Assembly: GCA_902773445.1 (NCBI GenBank)
Contig: CACYEU010000094.1
Span: forward strand, 1 to 28,319
Origin: an uncultured Lachnospiraceae bacterium
GTDB taxonomy: Bacteria > Bacillota > Clostridia > Lachnospirales > Lachnospiraceae
Direction: 5' to 3'
DNA: 28,319 nucleotides
Below the pieces are notes generated by a model. It was not told where the DNA came from. It worked only from the letters and a program-made list of their open reading frames with translations, and did no database searches. How positions within the stretch are numbered: the stretch's first letter is position 1; every line of letters begins with the position of its first letter. Of this stretch, positions 18,395-27,352 are shown in pieces. The position numbers and the translations under genes were made by a program.

Positions 18395-18438
18395 AGACTC
18401 TCCTCGTCAAATCACAAGATATTCCATAGTTAAAAACT

Positions 18439-18467
18439 ATCATACACCATGTCTTGTGAAAAATCAA
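18439..18467 (-). promoter_or_regulatory. Putative internal promoter for LCP copy 1 and the cohesin-like gene
   Basis: Minus strand TTGATT-N17-TATGAT; the -35 overlaps the upstream GT2 stop codon. Confidence 0.5.
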
Positions 18468-19381
18468 CTTTTCCAGTAGTTTTGGTTCGAGGTGAAATGA
18501 CGGATCAGAAAATGCGGCAATGACTTGTATCTGCGTCCGGTTTTGTAGCCCAGCCATTTCATTCCGCTGATGTAGATCAGCCTGATGATACGGAGATACC
18601 GGCCGTGTCTTGCGAGATAAGCCATTGTCTGTTTGACGAGTTTTTTACCCTCTGACTCAGAGGAAATATTCTCAAAGATCTCGGGGTGATCAGCCTGGGA
18701 AACACCGAGATCGAAATTGCGTTTAAATTGCTGCCGCCCCGAATAATTGTGTGAATGAAACACTTTTGCATCAGACACATAGTGTATCGCATATCCTGCT
18801 TCGATCAGCCGGAAACCGAAAATCATATCCTCATTAAATATACAGGGAGCCTCAAAGCCGCCGAGCTGTTCATAGATATCACTTCTGTAGGCGGCACATA
18901 CGTCAGAGCAGAAGTATGTCTTTATACCAAGCTCGTCCAGCTTCTCTTTCGTCTGGATCCGGTCTTCAGCCGGATAATTGAATGAGCGGGTGAATCTCTC
19001 GATCGGTTCGTCTTCTTTCCCTGCGATCTGTCTGGCGTATGCAGCGGCACAGTTTTTATCGGCAAATGCCCCGGCCAGCTCAGCAGTCAAAAGATCGTCG
19101 GCCGGAAGAGCATCCTGGGTCATGAACAATACAATATCCGAATGGCAGCACCTGAAGCCCTGATCGCGTGTCCCCGCGTGATCGAACTCCTCTTTTTTAA
19201 GCGGATGGATCTCGATCGGTATCGAGCAGGAAGACAAATCGGGAAGATCTGTACCGTCATATGTATGCATAATGTGGATTTTTCCGACCGGAACTTTCTG
19301 CTTTTCGAGTCTTCCGATCAGTTTTGTCAGCACCCGGTCTGCGCGGTAGGCCGGAATGACAACTTCAATTGAAGGTATCAT
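18464..19381 (-). CDS. GT2 glycosyltransferase, probable rhamnosyltransferase
   Basis: VVIPAY, FDHAGTR, FMTQDALP, FCSDVCAAYR and FNEDM. The ATG at 19381 has an AAGGAG SD; the track's 19456 start overlaps LCP copy 2. Confidence 0.85.
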   Translation of the reverse strand: MIPSIEVVIPAYRADRVLTKLIGRLEKQKVPVGKIHIMHTYDGTDLPDLSSCSIPIEIHPLKKEEFDHAGTRDQGFRCCHSDIVLFMTQDALPADDLLTAELAGAFADKNCAAAYARQIAGKEDEPIERFTRSFNYPAEDRIQTKEKLDELGIKTYFCSDVCAAYRSDIYEQLGGFEAPCIFNEDMIFGFRLIEAGYAIHYVSDAKVFHSHNYSGRQQFKRNFDLGVSQADHPEIFENISSESEGKKLVKQTMAYLARHGRYLRIIRLIYISGMKWLGYKTGRRYKSLPHFLIRHFTSNQNYWKS

Positions 19382-19406
19382 AGGATCTGCTCCTTCTGCC
19401 GCTGAC

Positions 19407-20483
19407 CTAGTTTTCACTGTTCTTATCGCGGTCAAATCCGTCTTCTTCCGTGACACCGGTCATATAGATGATCTCATCACTAATCGATTTGACTTTCTTC
19501 GAAGGCTTGTATGAATCGTTGTCGAACAGATACTTGTGCATTCTTTTGACATTTGATTCCAGATCAGCCGGTATGACAAACGCCCCTTTGATCCCTCCCG
19601 GGTTGTTCGCCGTATCAAGTTTGAACGGAAATCCCTTCGACTCAACAAGTTCATATTTATTGATGTTGACCGCAAGACTCAGCAGTTCCCTCAATGAAAA
19701 GCTTGTTGAGATCAACGGCGAGATCTCATCGACAAGATCGTTTAATTCTTTCAATGACAGCTTCTTCGCATTCTTCAGCATCTCATTCAGCACAAGGCGC
19801 TGGCGTTCGGTCCGCTTGAAATCTCCGCCCTCGGTATAGCGGATCCGCGAATAGGCAGTTGCCTGGACTCCGTTCAGGATCTGCTTACCGGGATGCTCGA
19901 CTGCCCATGAATCGATCCCTGTTACTTTGATGATCTCCATCTGGTAGCCGTTAATGTAATCGATCTCCTCTTCCTGGACATCAACTTCAACGCCGCCGAC
20001 TGCATCGATTGCCCTGATCATTGCTTCAAAACTGACGCTGACATAGTTTTTGATATCCATATCAAGATTGCGGTTCAGCTCGGCGATCGCCTCCTCGCCG
20101 CCTCCGTAACTGTATGCCGCATTTGCCTTTGCGTAAGTTCCGTCTTTTTGCTGCATCATGCAATCGCGGTAGACTGACAGCAGCCGGACTTCTTTCGTTT
20201 TGTTCTTAATGCTTGCGATAATGATCGTATCGCTGTTAGTTCCTTTGTCGACCTCGCCGTTGCGGGCGTCCAGTCCGTACAAAACAATATTCGTATAAGG
20301 ACCGGTGTCCTTATAAGCCTCCAGATTCTTGAGATTGATCCGGCCGTGTCCGAGTTTTGACCACTTGTAAAGGCCGAACGCCACGATCAGCAGAATAAAG
20401 ATCAGAAGCAGTTCGGCAATCATGATCAGGACCTGCCGCCCCGTTTTGTAATTCTTGTGTTTCCTGCGGTTTTTTCCGGACAT
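19407..20483 (-). CDS. LCP family glycopolymer ligase, copy 2
   Basis: LYGLDAR, NSDTIIIAS, LSVYRDC, YSRIRYTEGGDFKRTERQR; GGGGAGG SD. Confidence 0.93.
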   Translation of the reverse strand: MSGKNRRKHKNYKTGRQVLIMIAELLLIFILLIVAFGLYKWSKLGHGRINLKNLEAYKDTGPYTNIVLYGLDARNGEVDKGTNSDTIIIASIKNKTKEVRLLSVYRDCMMQQKDGTYAKANAAYSYGGGEEAIAELNRNLDMDIKNYVSVSFEAMIRAIDAVGGVEVDVQEEEIDYINGYQMEIIKVTGIDSWAVEHPGKQILNGVQATAYSRIRYTEGGDFKRTERQRLVLNEMLKNAKKLSLKELNDLVDEISPLISTSFSLRELLSLAVNINKYELVESKGFPFKLDTANNPGGIKGAFVIPADLESNVKRMHKYLFDNDSYKPSKKVKSISDEIIYMTGVTEEDGFDRDKNSEN

Positions 20484-20496
20484 ATCTGCGCCTCCC

Positions 20497-21942
20497 CTAG
20501 TACGCGTTCTTGTTCAGGAATCCTCTGAAAACCGTGTAGAACATGATTTTAAAATCAAATGCCATTGTCCAGTTTTCAATATAATAGAGATCATAGTCGA
20601 TTCTTTTGCGAATCGATGTATCACCGCGCAGACCGTTGACCTGTGCCCATCCGGTCATACCGGGGCGCACCTGGTGCTTGATCATATAACGCGGGATTTC
20701 TTCTTTAAATTTGTCGACAAAATAAGGTCTCTCCGGACGCGGTCCGACCAGAGACATCTGTCCTTTCATGACGTTGAAGAGCTGCGGAAGCTCATCGATA
20801 CTTGTCCGTCTGATAAATTTGCCGATCCCGGTCACGCGCGGATCATCCTTTGTGGTCCACTTTGCGACCTCTTCGCCCGGATCCTGCACGACCATCGAGC
20901 GGAATTTGAGCATTTTGAAAGGCCTGTTCTGATATCCGATGCGCTCCTGGGCATAGATGACCGGTCCTTTCGAAGTCAGCTTGATCAAAAGCGCCGTGAT
21001 CAGCATGACCGGTGAGAACAGAATGATACAGACGAAGCCTCCGATCAGATCGATGACCCGCTTGGCATTCCGGTTCATTGCCTCCGACAGCGGGACATGG
21101 CGGATGTTGATAACAGGAAGTCCGAGCATGTCCTCGGTGTACGGCTTCGACGAAATGATCTCGCCGTAATCGGGTACAAACTTCGTGTGAACGCCCGATT
21201 TCTCACACATTGAGACGATCTTTCCGAGATTCTCATAGTGCTTGATGTCCATCGTGATCGCGATCTCATCGACCGAATTGGCTTTCAGGATCAGATCGAG
21301 ATCATCGAACATGCCGATCACCTTAACGCCCCGGTATTCATGACCGCGAGGCTTGTCATTTGACAGGATTCCCCGCACATGGTAACCGTATCCCGGATTA
21401 CCGATCACACGGTCGATATACTGTTCAGCGGAATGAGAATAGCCGACCAGAATGACATAATGCAGATTCGTTCCGTTTGCGCGCAGACGCTCTTCGATCT
21501 TCGCAATGATCATGCGCATCGCAACTTCACAGAAGTAAGCGATCATGACAAACAGGAACAGGAATGTACGCGAAAAGTTATTCTCTTTTCTCAAATAGAG
21601 ATAAAGGATCTCGGTCATGACCGCGACAGCGTTGGCCTGCATCAGATGAATGAAGATCGTTCTCTTGCGCTGGATCTTGACCTGACTGTAAACATGGAAT
21701 AAATAGTGAAAAACCAGAAATCCCGGAACGATCACAGCCAGTTCCCGCATATAGATATACCGCGCCAGCGCCCACTGTGAAACGCCGAACAGACCGGTCT
21801 TGAATCGCAGAACATATGCCAGCAGATAAGAACCGACAATGATCAGTGCGTCCAGCACTGTCATCAGATAATTGTAATACCGTCTGTGTTCGATGATAAA
21901 CCCCTTTGGTAAACTACCCACTAAAACGACTATATCATACAT
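20497..21942 (-). CDS. Undecaprenyl-phosphate hexose-1-phosphate transferase (WcaJ/CpsE-like priming glycosyltransferase); 5' end uncertain
   Basis: N-terminal TMs, then KRVIDL, KFRSM, DDPRVT..G.FIR.TSIDELPQL.NV..G.MSLVGPRPE, VRPGMTGWAQVNG and DLYYIENW. Confidence 0.92.
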   Translation of the reverse strand: MYDIVVLVGSLPKGFIIEHRRYYNYLMTVLDALIIVGSYLLAYVLRFKTGLFGVSQWALARYIYMRELAVIVPGFLVFHYLFHVYSQVKIQRKRTIFIHLMQANAVAVMTEILYLYLRKENNFSRTFLFLFVMIAYFCEVAMRMIIAKIEERLRANGTNLHYVILVGYSHSAEQYIDRVIGNPGYGYHVRGILSNDKPRGHEYRGVKVIGMFDDLDLILKANSVDEIAITMDIKHYENLGKIVSMCEKSGVHTKFVPDYGEIISSKPYTEDMLGLPVINIRHVPLSEAMNRNAKRVIDLIGGFVCIILFSPVMLITALLIKLTSKGPVIYAQERIGYQNRPFKMLKFRSMVVQDPGEEVAKWTTKDDPRVTGIGKFIRRTSIDELPQLFNVMKGQMSLVGPRPERPYFVDKFKEEIPRYMIKHQVRPGMTGWAQVNGLRGDTSIRKRIDYDLYYIENWTMAFDFKIMFYTVFRGFLNKNAY

Positions 21943-21962
21943 GAAATCTATTGTTTTATCAA
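21934..21962 (-). promoter_or_regulatory. Putative sigma-A promoter of the priming transferase
   Basis: Minus strand TTGATA-N17-TATGAT; the annotated ATG lies directly upstream of the -10 hexamer. Confidence 0.6.
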
Positions 21963-21980
21963 GTGCGGCTCTGTTATACT
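21951..21980 (+). promoter_or_regulatory. Putative promoter of the inverted GT2, overlapping the divergent promoter
   Basis: TTGTTT-N18-TATACT with an extended -10 (TG-T-TATACT). Confidence 0.5.
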
Positions 21981-22005
21981 GAAGGTCAGGAAAGGGTGGA
22001 ATCTG

Positions 22006-22980
22006 ATGAAAACAACGGTCGTCATACCCAATTACAATGGTGAGAGATTTCTGAAGCCTTGCCTTGACGCGCTCGAGGCACAGACGGTCAAGCCCGCGCG
22101 GATCATAGTGGTCGACAACGGTTCATCCGACGGCTCTGCCGAGCTGTTGAGAAGCGCATATCCTCAGGTCGACCTGATCGAGACAGGTGAAAATCTCGGT
22201 TTTTCAGCCGCGGTCAATATCGGCATCAAGGCAAGTACAACTGATTATGTACTGCTGCTGAATAATGACACGGAAGCCGATCCCGGGATGATCGAATGGC
22301 TGGAGCGGGCGATGATGCGTCATCCGCGCGCCTTCTCAGCTGCGGCAAAAATGATTCAGCTCTACCACCCTGATCTGATCGATTCAGCCGGCGATCTGTA
22401 CACAGTCATCGGCTGGGGCGTCAACCGCGGCAACGGGCGTTCTGTCAGTCATTACCGCCGCGCATCACATATTTTTACAGCCTGTGCGGGCGCTGCTCTC
22501 TACCGCCGTGAAGTCTTTGAAACGATCGGGTATTTTGATGAAATGCATTTTGCCTATCTGGAAGACATCGATATTGGTTACCGCGCGAGGCTTTTCGGCT
22601 TCACCAACATCTATGAACCGAAAGCCATCGTGTGTCATGTCGGAAGCGGCACCAGCGGCTCAAAATACAATTCATTCAAAGTATCACTGTCTGCGCGCAA
22701 CAATGTCTGGCTCAACTATAAAAACATGCCGGACTGGCAGCTTGTTCTGAACGCGCTGCCCCTCGCGCTCGGAGTGTTTGTCAAAACTCTCTTCTTTATC
22801 AAAAAGGGATTCGGAAAAGACTATCTCAAGGGCATAAAAGAAGGCTTTAAGAGACGCCGCGAATTAAAGCGCGTCGACTTTAAAGCCTGTCATGCAAAAT
22901 CTTTCCTCCTGATCCAGCTCGATCTGATCTACGGACTGTTCGCCTATACCGTTGACTGGATCAGGCGCAAGATCTCTTAA
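22006..22980 (+). CDS. GT2 glycosyltransferase (WbbL-like, possible rhamnosyltransferase)
   Basis: VVIPNYNG, VVDNGSSDGS, ENLGFSAAVNIG, LLLNNDT, YLEDIDIGYRAR. Confidence 0.9.
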   Translation: MKTTVVIPNYNGERFLKPCLDALEAQTVKPARIIVVDNGSSDGSAELLRSAYPQVDLIETGENLGFSAAVNIGIKASTTDYVLLLNNDTEADPGMIEWLERAMMRHPRAFSAAAKMIQLYHPDLIDSAGDLYTVIGWGVNRGNGRSVSHYRRASHIFTACAGAALYRREVFETIGYFDEMHFAYLEDIDIGYRARLFGFTNIYEPKAIVCHVGSGTSGSKYNSFKVSLSARNNVWLNYKNMPDWQLVLNALPLALGVFVKTLFFIKKGFGKDYLKGIKEGFKRRRELKRVDFKACHAKSFLLIQLDLIYGLFAYTVDWIRRKIS

Positions 22981-23840
22981 TCACCTGATTCCTGTCTGCC
23001 GAGTTCGATCAGATATCGTTTCAGCGCATCCTGCCAGGCGGGAAGCGGATCAAACCCGTTCTCGATCAGTTTTGATTTGTTCATCCGGCTGTTCTTAGGC
23101 CTTTTTGCCTTTGTCGGAAATTCATCGCTCGTCACCGGCTCGACCTTGACGATCATCCCCTTCTGCAGGAAGATCTCCTCGGCAAATTCATGCCAGGTGC
23201 AAAGTCCGGTATTCGTTGCGTGATAACGGCCGTACTTGTCCGTCTGGATCATATCGACCAGCAGTCTGGCCAGATCAACTGTATAAGTCGGTGATCCGAT
23301 CTGATCGGCGACAACATTGAGTTCACTGTGAGTCTGTCCGAGCTTGATCATCGTCTTGATGAAGTTCTTTCCGTTCAGACCGAAGACCCACGCGATCCTC
23401 ACAATAAAATACTTCTCGAGCAATTCCTCCACGGCGAGCTCGCCTTCGTACTTGGTCTGTCCGTAGACATTCAGCGGTTCACGGTTCAGATCGTCCGGTT
23501 CCCACGGAGTCGTCCCCTCGCCGTTAAAGACATAATCAGTGCTGATATACATCATCGGGAGATCAAACTTTGCGCAGGCCATAGCAATATTGCGTGTGCC
23601 TTCCGCATTGATCAGACGGCACAGATCCTCGTTGTCCTCAGCCGCATCGACTGCTGTATAAGCCGCGCAGTGAATCACGGCGTCAGCCTTCGACTCTTCG
23701 ATCACCGTCATGACCTCATCGCGTTTTGTGATATCCATCTCCTCGATATCAACAGCGACTGATTCCATACCTCTCTTTGTCAATTCGGTGATCACATCGC
23801 TGCCGAGCTGTCCCTTGGCTCCGGTTACCAGTACTCTCAT
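22977..23840 (-). CDS. rfbD: dTDP-4-dehydrorhamnose reductase
   Basis: VLVTGAKGQLG, HCAAYTAVD.AE, ISTDYVFNG, YGQTKYEGE, DQIGSPTY. Confidence 0.97.
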   Translation of the reverse strand: MRVLVTGAKGQLGSDVITELTKRGMESVAVDIEEMDITKRDEVMTVIEESKADAVIHCAAYTAVDAAEDNEDLCRLINAEGTRNIAMACAKFDLPMMYISTDYVFNGEGTTPWEPDDLNREPLNVYGQTKYEGELAVEELLEKYFIVRIAWVFGLNGKNFIKTMIKLGQTHSELNVVADQIGSPTYTVDLARLLVDMIQTDKYGRYHATNTGLCTWHEFAEEIFLQKGMIVKVEPVTSDEFPTKAKRPKNSRMNKSKLIENGFDPLPAWQDALKRYLIELGRQESGD

Positions 23841-23843
23841 GAT

Positions 23844-24404
23844 TTACCTCTCTTTTGGTTTGAAATCAGTGATCGATCCCCATTTCTGATCCTTTTCGGA
23901 GATCGTAAGCTTCATATCGTCATCGATCGGCCAATCGATTCCGATCGCCGGATCATTCCACGCGAGACCGCCCTCATCGTTCGGGTGATAAAAGTCGGTG
24001 CACTTATAAGCGAACTCGGCAGAATCAGAAAGCACGACAAATCCGTGCGCAAAATCCTTCGGAATGAAGAACTGTTTCTTGTTTTCCGCCGACAGGATCA
24101 CGCCGAACCACTGTCCGAATGTCGGCGAGCCTGCACGCAGATCAACGGCTACGTCAAAAACTTCTCCGCTGACAACTCTGACAAGCTTATCCTGCGGATA
24201 ATTGATCTGAAAATGCAGTCCGCGCAAAACGCCGTGTGTTGAGCTTGACTGATTGTCCTGGACAAATTCCTGGTCGATCCCTGCTGCCGCATAGTCGTTA
24301 TAGTTATATGTCTCCATGAAATACCCGCGCTCATCGCCGTATACCGTCGGGGTGATGATCTTCAGCCCTTCGATCGCACAGGTTTCTACACTGATCTTTC
24401 CCAT
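23844..24404 (-). CDS. rfbC: dTDP-4-dehydrorhamnose 3,5-epimerase
   Basis: DERGYFMETY, FVQDNQS.S..GVLRGLHFQ, VFDVAVDLR.GSPTFG, FAHGF.VLS. Confidence 0.97.
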   Translation of the reverse strand: MGKISVETCAIEGLKIITPTVYGDERGYFMETYNYNDYAAAGIDQEFVQDNQSSSTHGVLRGLHFQINYPQDKLVRVVSGEVFDVAVDLRAGSPTFGQWFGVILSAENKKQFFIPKDFAHGFVVLSDSAEFAYKCTDFYHPNDEGGLAWNDPAIGIDWPIDDDMKLTISEKDQKWGSITDFKPKER

Positions 24405-24436
24405 TATTGATTCCTTTCAAAATACCGATATCGTCT

Positions 24437-25315
24437 TTATGATCTGTATTTTCCTTCAAGCACATCGCGCAGATAGCGGCCGTACTGATTCTTGGAGTAC
24501 AGCTCGCAGGCCTCTTCCATCTGTTCTCTGCTGATCCAGCCGTTCTTAAACGCGATCTCTTCAAGACATGCGATCTTGCGGTGCTGATGTGTCTCAACAG
24601 TCTTGACAAAGTTCGTCGCGTCAACCAGAGACTCGTGCGTGCCGGTGTCAAGCCATGTGTATCCCTGGCCTAACAGCGCGACATCAAGTGTACCGTCCTC
24701 AAGATACATGCGGTTAAGATCTGTGATCTCAAGCTCGCCGCGCGCGCTCGGCTTGATTCTTTTCGCATATTCGACGACCTTGTTGTCATAGAAGTACAGA
24801 CCGGTCACAGCATAATTTGATTTCGGCTGTTTCGGTTTTTCCTCAAGAGAGATCGCACGGCCTTCGCTGTCGAATTCAACGACGCCGAAGCGCTCCGGAT
24901 CATCGACATAGTAACCGAATACAGTCGCGCCCTCTTCCTTGTCCACAGCAGCCTTAAGCTTATTGCCGATGCCGAGGCCATAGAAGATATTGTCGCCGAG
25001 GATCATCGCGCAGCGGTCACCGCCGATGAATTCTTCGCCGAGAATAAATGCCTGGGCAAGTCCGTCAGGTGAAGGCTGTACTTTGTAGCTCAGTTCAATA
25101 CCGAACTGGCTTCCGTCTCCAAGAAGCTCCTCAAAGCGGGGCGTGTCTTCCGGGGTTGAAATGATCAGGATCTCACGGATTCCCGAAAGCATCAGGATAT
25201 GAAGCGGATAATAGATCATCGGCTTATCATAGATCGGCAGAAGCTGTTTACTTGTCACACGTGTCAGCGGATAAAGCCTTGTCCCCGAACCTCCGGCCAG
25301 AATAATGCCTTTCAT
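24437..25315 (-). CDS. rfbA: Glucose-1-phosphate thymidylyltransferase
   Basis: [55 protein letters not shown]. Confidence 0.98.
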   Translation of the reverse strand: MKGIILAGGSGTRLYPLTRVTSKQLLPIYDKPMIYYPLHILMLSGIREILIISTPEDTPRFEELLGDGSQFGIELSYKVQPSPDGLAQAFILGEEFIGGDRCAMILGDNIFYGLGIGNKLKAAVDKEEGATVFGYYVDDPERFGVVEFDSEGRAISLEEKPKQPKSNYAVTGLYFYDNKVVEYAKRIKPSARGELEITDLNRMYLEDGTLDVALLGQGYTWLDTGTHESLVDATNFVKTVETHQHRKIACLEEIAFKNGWISREQMEEACELYSKNQYGRYLRDVLEGKYRS

Positions 25316-25330
25316 AAGTATTTCCTCCTT

Positions 25331-26413
25331 TTAGCGGTCCTTGTACATGTTCTCGTAGTAAGCCTGGTAGTCACCGCTTGTGACATTTTTCATCCAGTCC
25401 TCATTCTCAAAATACCATTTGATCGTCTTTTTGATGCCGTCCTTAAACATTGTGTCCGGTTCCCAGCCGACTTCTGCCTTGATCTTGTCAGGCGCGATCG
25501 CATAACGCCTGTCATGGCCTTTGCGGTCAGTGACATATGTGATCAGGTCTTCATTGATATGCGCTTTTCTCGGGTCGTCATCCGGAAGTTCCTCGCGCAG
25601 GCACTCGAGGATCGTGTGGATGATCTCGATGTTCTGCTTTTCATTGTGTCCGCCGATATTATAGGTCTCATAGAGTTTTCCGTGCTCCTGAACCATATCG
25701 ATACCCTTCGCGTGATCAGCGACATACAGCCAATCGCGGACATTCTTGCCGTCGCCGTAGACCGGAAGCTTTTTGCCCTGCAGCGCATTGTTGATCATCA
25801 GCGGGATCAGTTTCTCCGGGAACTGGTAAGGTCCGTAATTGTTGCTGCAGTTTGTGATATTCGCCGGGAATCCGTATGTGTCCATATATGATTTGACCAG
25901 GAAATCCGACGATGCTTTCGAAGCGGAATACGGGCTGTGGGGATCATACGGAGTCGTCTCATAGAAATAGCCGCCGTCTTCATCCAGTGAACCGTAAACC
26001 TCATCAGTTGAAACATGAAGGAATTTCTTTCCCTCTTTAAATGTTCCGTCCTCATTCTCCCAGGCAGCCTTTGCCGCGTTGAGCATATTCAGCGTACCGA
26101 GGACATTGGTTTTAATGAAAACATCGGGATCGGCGATACTGCGGTCGACATGACTCTCAGCCGCAAAATGAACAACGCGGTCGATATCATATTCTTTAAA
26201 GATCTCCATCATTTTTTTGCCGTCGCAGATATCCGCTTTGATGAACGTATAGTTCGGCTTATCTTCAATATCTTTCAGGTTCTCAAGATTGCCGGCATAA
26301 GTCAGCGCGTCGACATTGATGATCCTGATGTCATCTCCGTATTTGTCGAACATGTAGTGGATATAATTTGAACCGATAAATCCGGCTCCGCCAGTGACAA
26401 GATAGGTTCTCAT
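25331..26413 (-). CDS. rfbB: dTDP-glucose 4,6-dehydratase
   Basis: LVTGGAGFIGSN, HFAAESHVDRSI, VSTDEVYG, YSASKA, SNNYGPYQFPEKLIP. Confidence 0.98.
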   Translation of the reverse strand: MRTYLVTGGAGFIGSNYIHYMFDKYGDDIRIINVDALTYAGNLENLKDIEDKPNYTFIKADICDGKKMMEIFKEYDIDRVVHFAAESHVDRSIADPDVFIKTNVLGTLNMLNAAKAAWENEDGTFKEGKKFLHVSTDEVYGSLDEDGGYFYETTPYDPHSPYSASKASSDFLVKSYMDTYGFPANITNCSNNYGPYQFPEKLIPLMINNALQGKKLPVYGDGKNVRDWLYVADHAKGIDMVQEHGKLYETYNIGGHNEKQNIEIIHTILECLREELPDDDPRKAHINEDLITYVTDRKGHDRRYAIAPDKIKAEVGWEPDTMFKDGIKKTIKWYFENEDWMKNVTSGDYQAYYENMYKDR

Positions 26414-27351
26414 TTTCTCTCCTCCTGTTGTTGATCATTATATAATCTCTGCGGATAAGCACCGCTGTCAACCAATTCTTTAAATGCCTGCTGTACGGCT
26501 TCGATGTCTTCGTGATAAGTCATTCCGAACCATTCATCGTTCGTCTTTTCGACAATGACGCCTGCGTTCTTTTCATTCAGAAGATCGCCGATGAGGATCG
26601 GGAGCAGATACTCACTCTTGAGATCGTCATCCGGCAGATCTTCAAGGAATCTGTCAAATCGGTCTTTGAGCACATCCAAGAATTTTTCAGGGAAGACCCA
26701 CATATTCATTGAAACCGGTGAATTGATATCGAGAGGGTGGATCTCACCCTCAGAAACCGTGGCTGCGCCGTCTTCAGTTTTAACGATGTTTTTTGTCTCA
26801 TCAATTGAAATAAGGCGGCCGTCTTCAGAAACACGGCAGATACCGCGTGTAACACTTCCGTTGTCGCTGAGCGTATTGCCGAGCACAAAACTGATCATAC
26901 CGATCGTCAGACCCGCTCCGGTATCATCCGCAAAAGAATCGATCATATCCGCCGCCATACGATAGGCTTCTTTTCCGTAATAATCATCGGCATTGATGAC
27001 AAAAAACGGCCCGTCGATCAGATCCCTGCAGCAGAGCACAGCCTGTCCGGTTCCCCACGGTTTTGTTCGGTCTGAAAAACGTTCACGGGCTCCGGCAGGA
27101 ATCCTGTCGATCTCCTGATAAGCATAGTCGACCGAAACGATCTGCTCGATACGCTTTCCGATGATCTCTTTGAAATCAACCTCGATATCGCGGCGGATCA
27201 CAAATACAACATGATCAAATCCCGCCTGAACGGCATCATGTACGGAATAATCCATGATCAGTTCTCCGTTCGGTCCGACAGGTGTCAGCTGCTTTACTCC
27301 TTCGCCGAAACGGCTCCCGATGCCGGCAGCCATAATGACTAATGTCTTCAT
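26410..27351 (-). CDS. Sugar-phosphate nucleotidyltransferase (NTP_transferase family), substrate unknown
   Basis: LVIMAAGIGSRFG..VKQL, KPWGTGQAV, VINADDYYG. The ATG at 27351 follows the HPr stop; the track's 27381 start overlaps HPr. ATGA overlap with rfbB. Confidence 0.8.
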   Translation of the reverse strand: MKTLVIMAAGIGSRFGEGVKQLTPVGPNGELIMDYSVHDAVQAGFDHVVFVIRRDIEVDFKEIIGKRIEQIVSVDYAYQEIDRIPAGARERFSDRTKPWGTGQAVLCCRDLIDGPFFVINADDYYGKEAYRMAADMIDSFADDTGAGLTIGMISFVLGNTLSDNGSVTRGICRVSEDGRLISIDETKNIVKTEDGAATVSEGEIHPLDINSPVSMNMWVFPEKFLDVLKDRFDRFLEDLPDDDLKSEYLLPILIGDLLNEKNAGVIVEKTNDEWFGMTYHEDIEAVQQAFKELVDSGAYPQRLYNDQQQEERK

Positions 27352-27352
27352 C

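Noticed and set aside
25199-25891. 230-aa plus-strand ORF
   Set aside because: Antisense shadow of rfbB/rfbA; no SD and no recognisable motifs. Long antisense frames are common opposite conserved genes.
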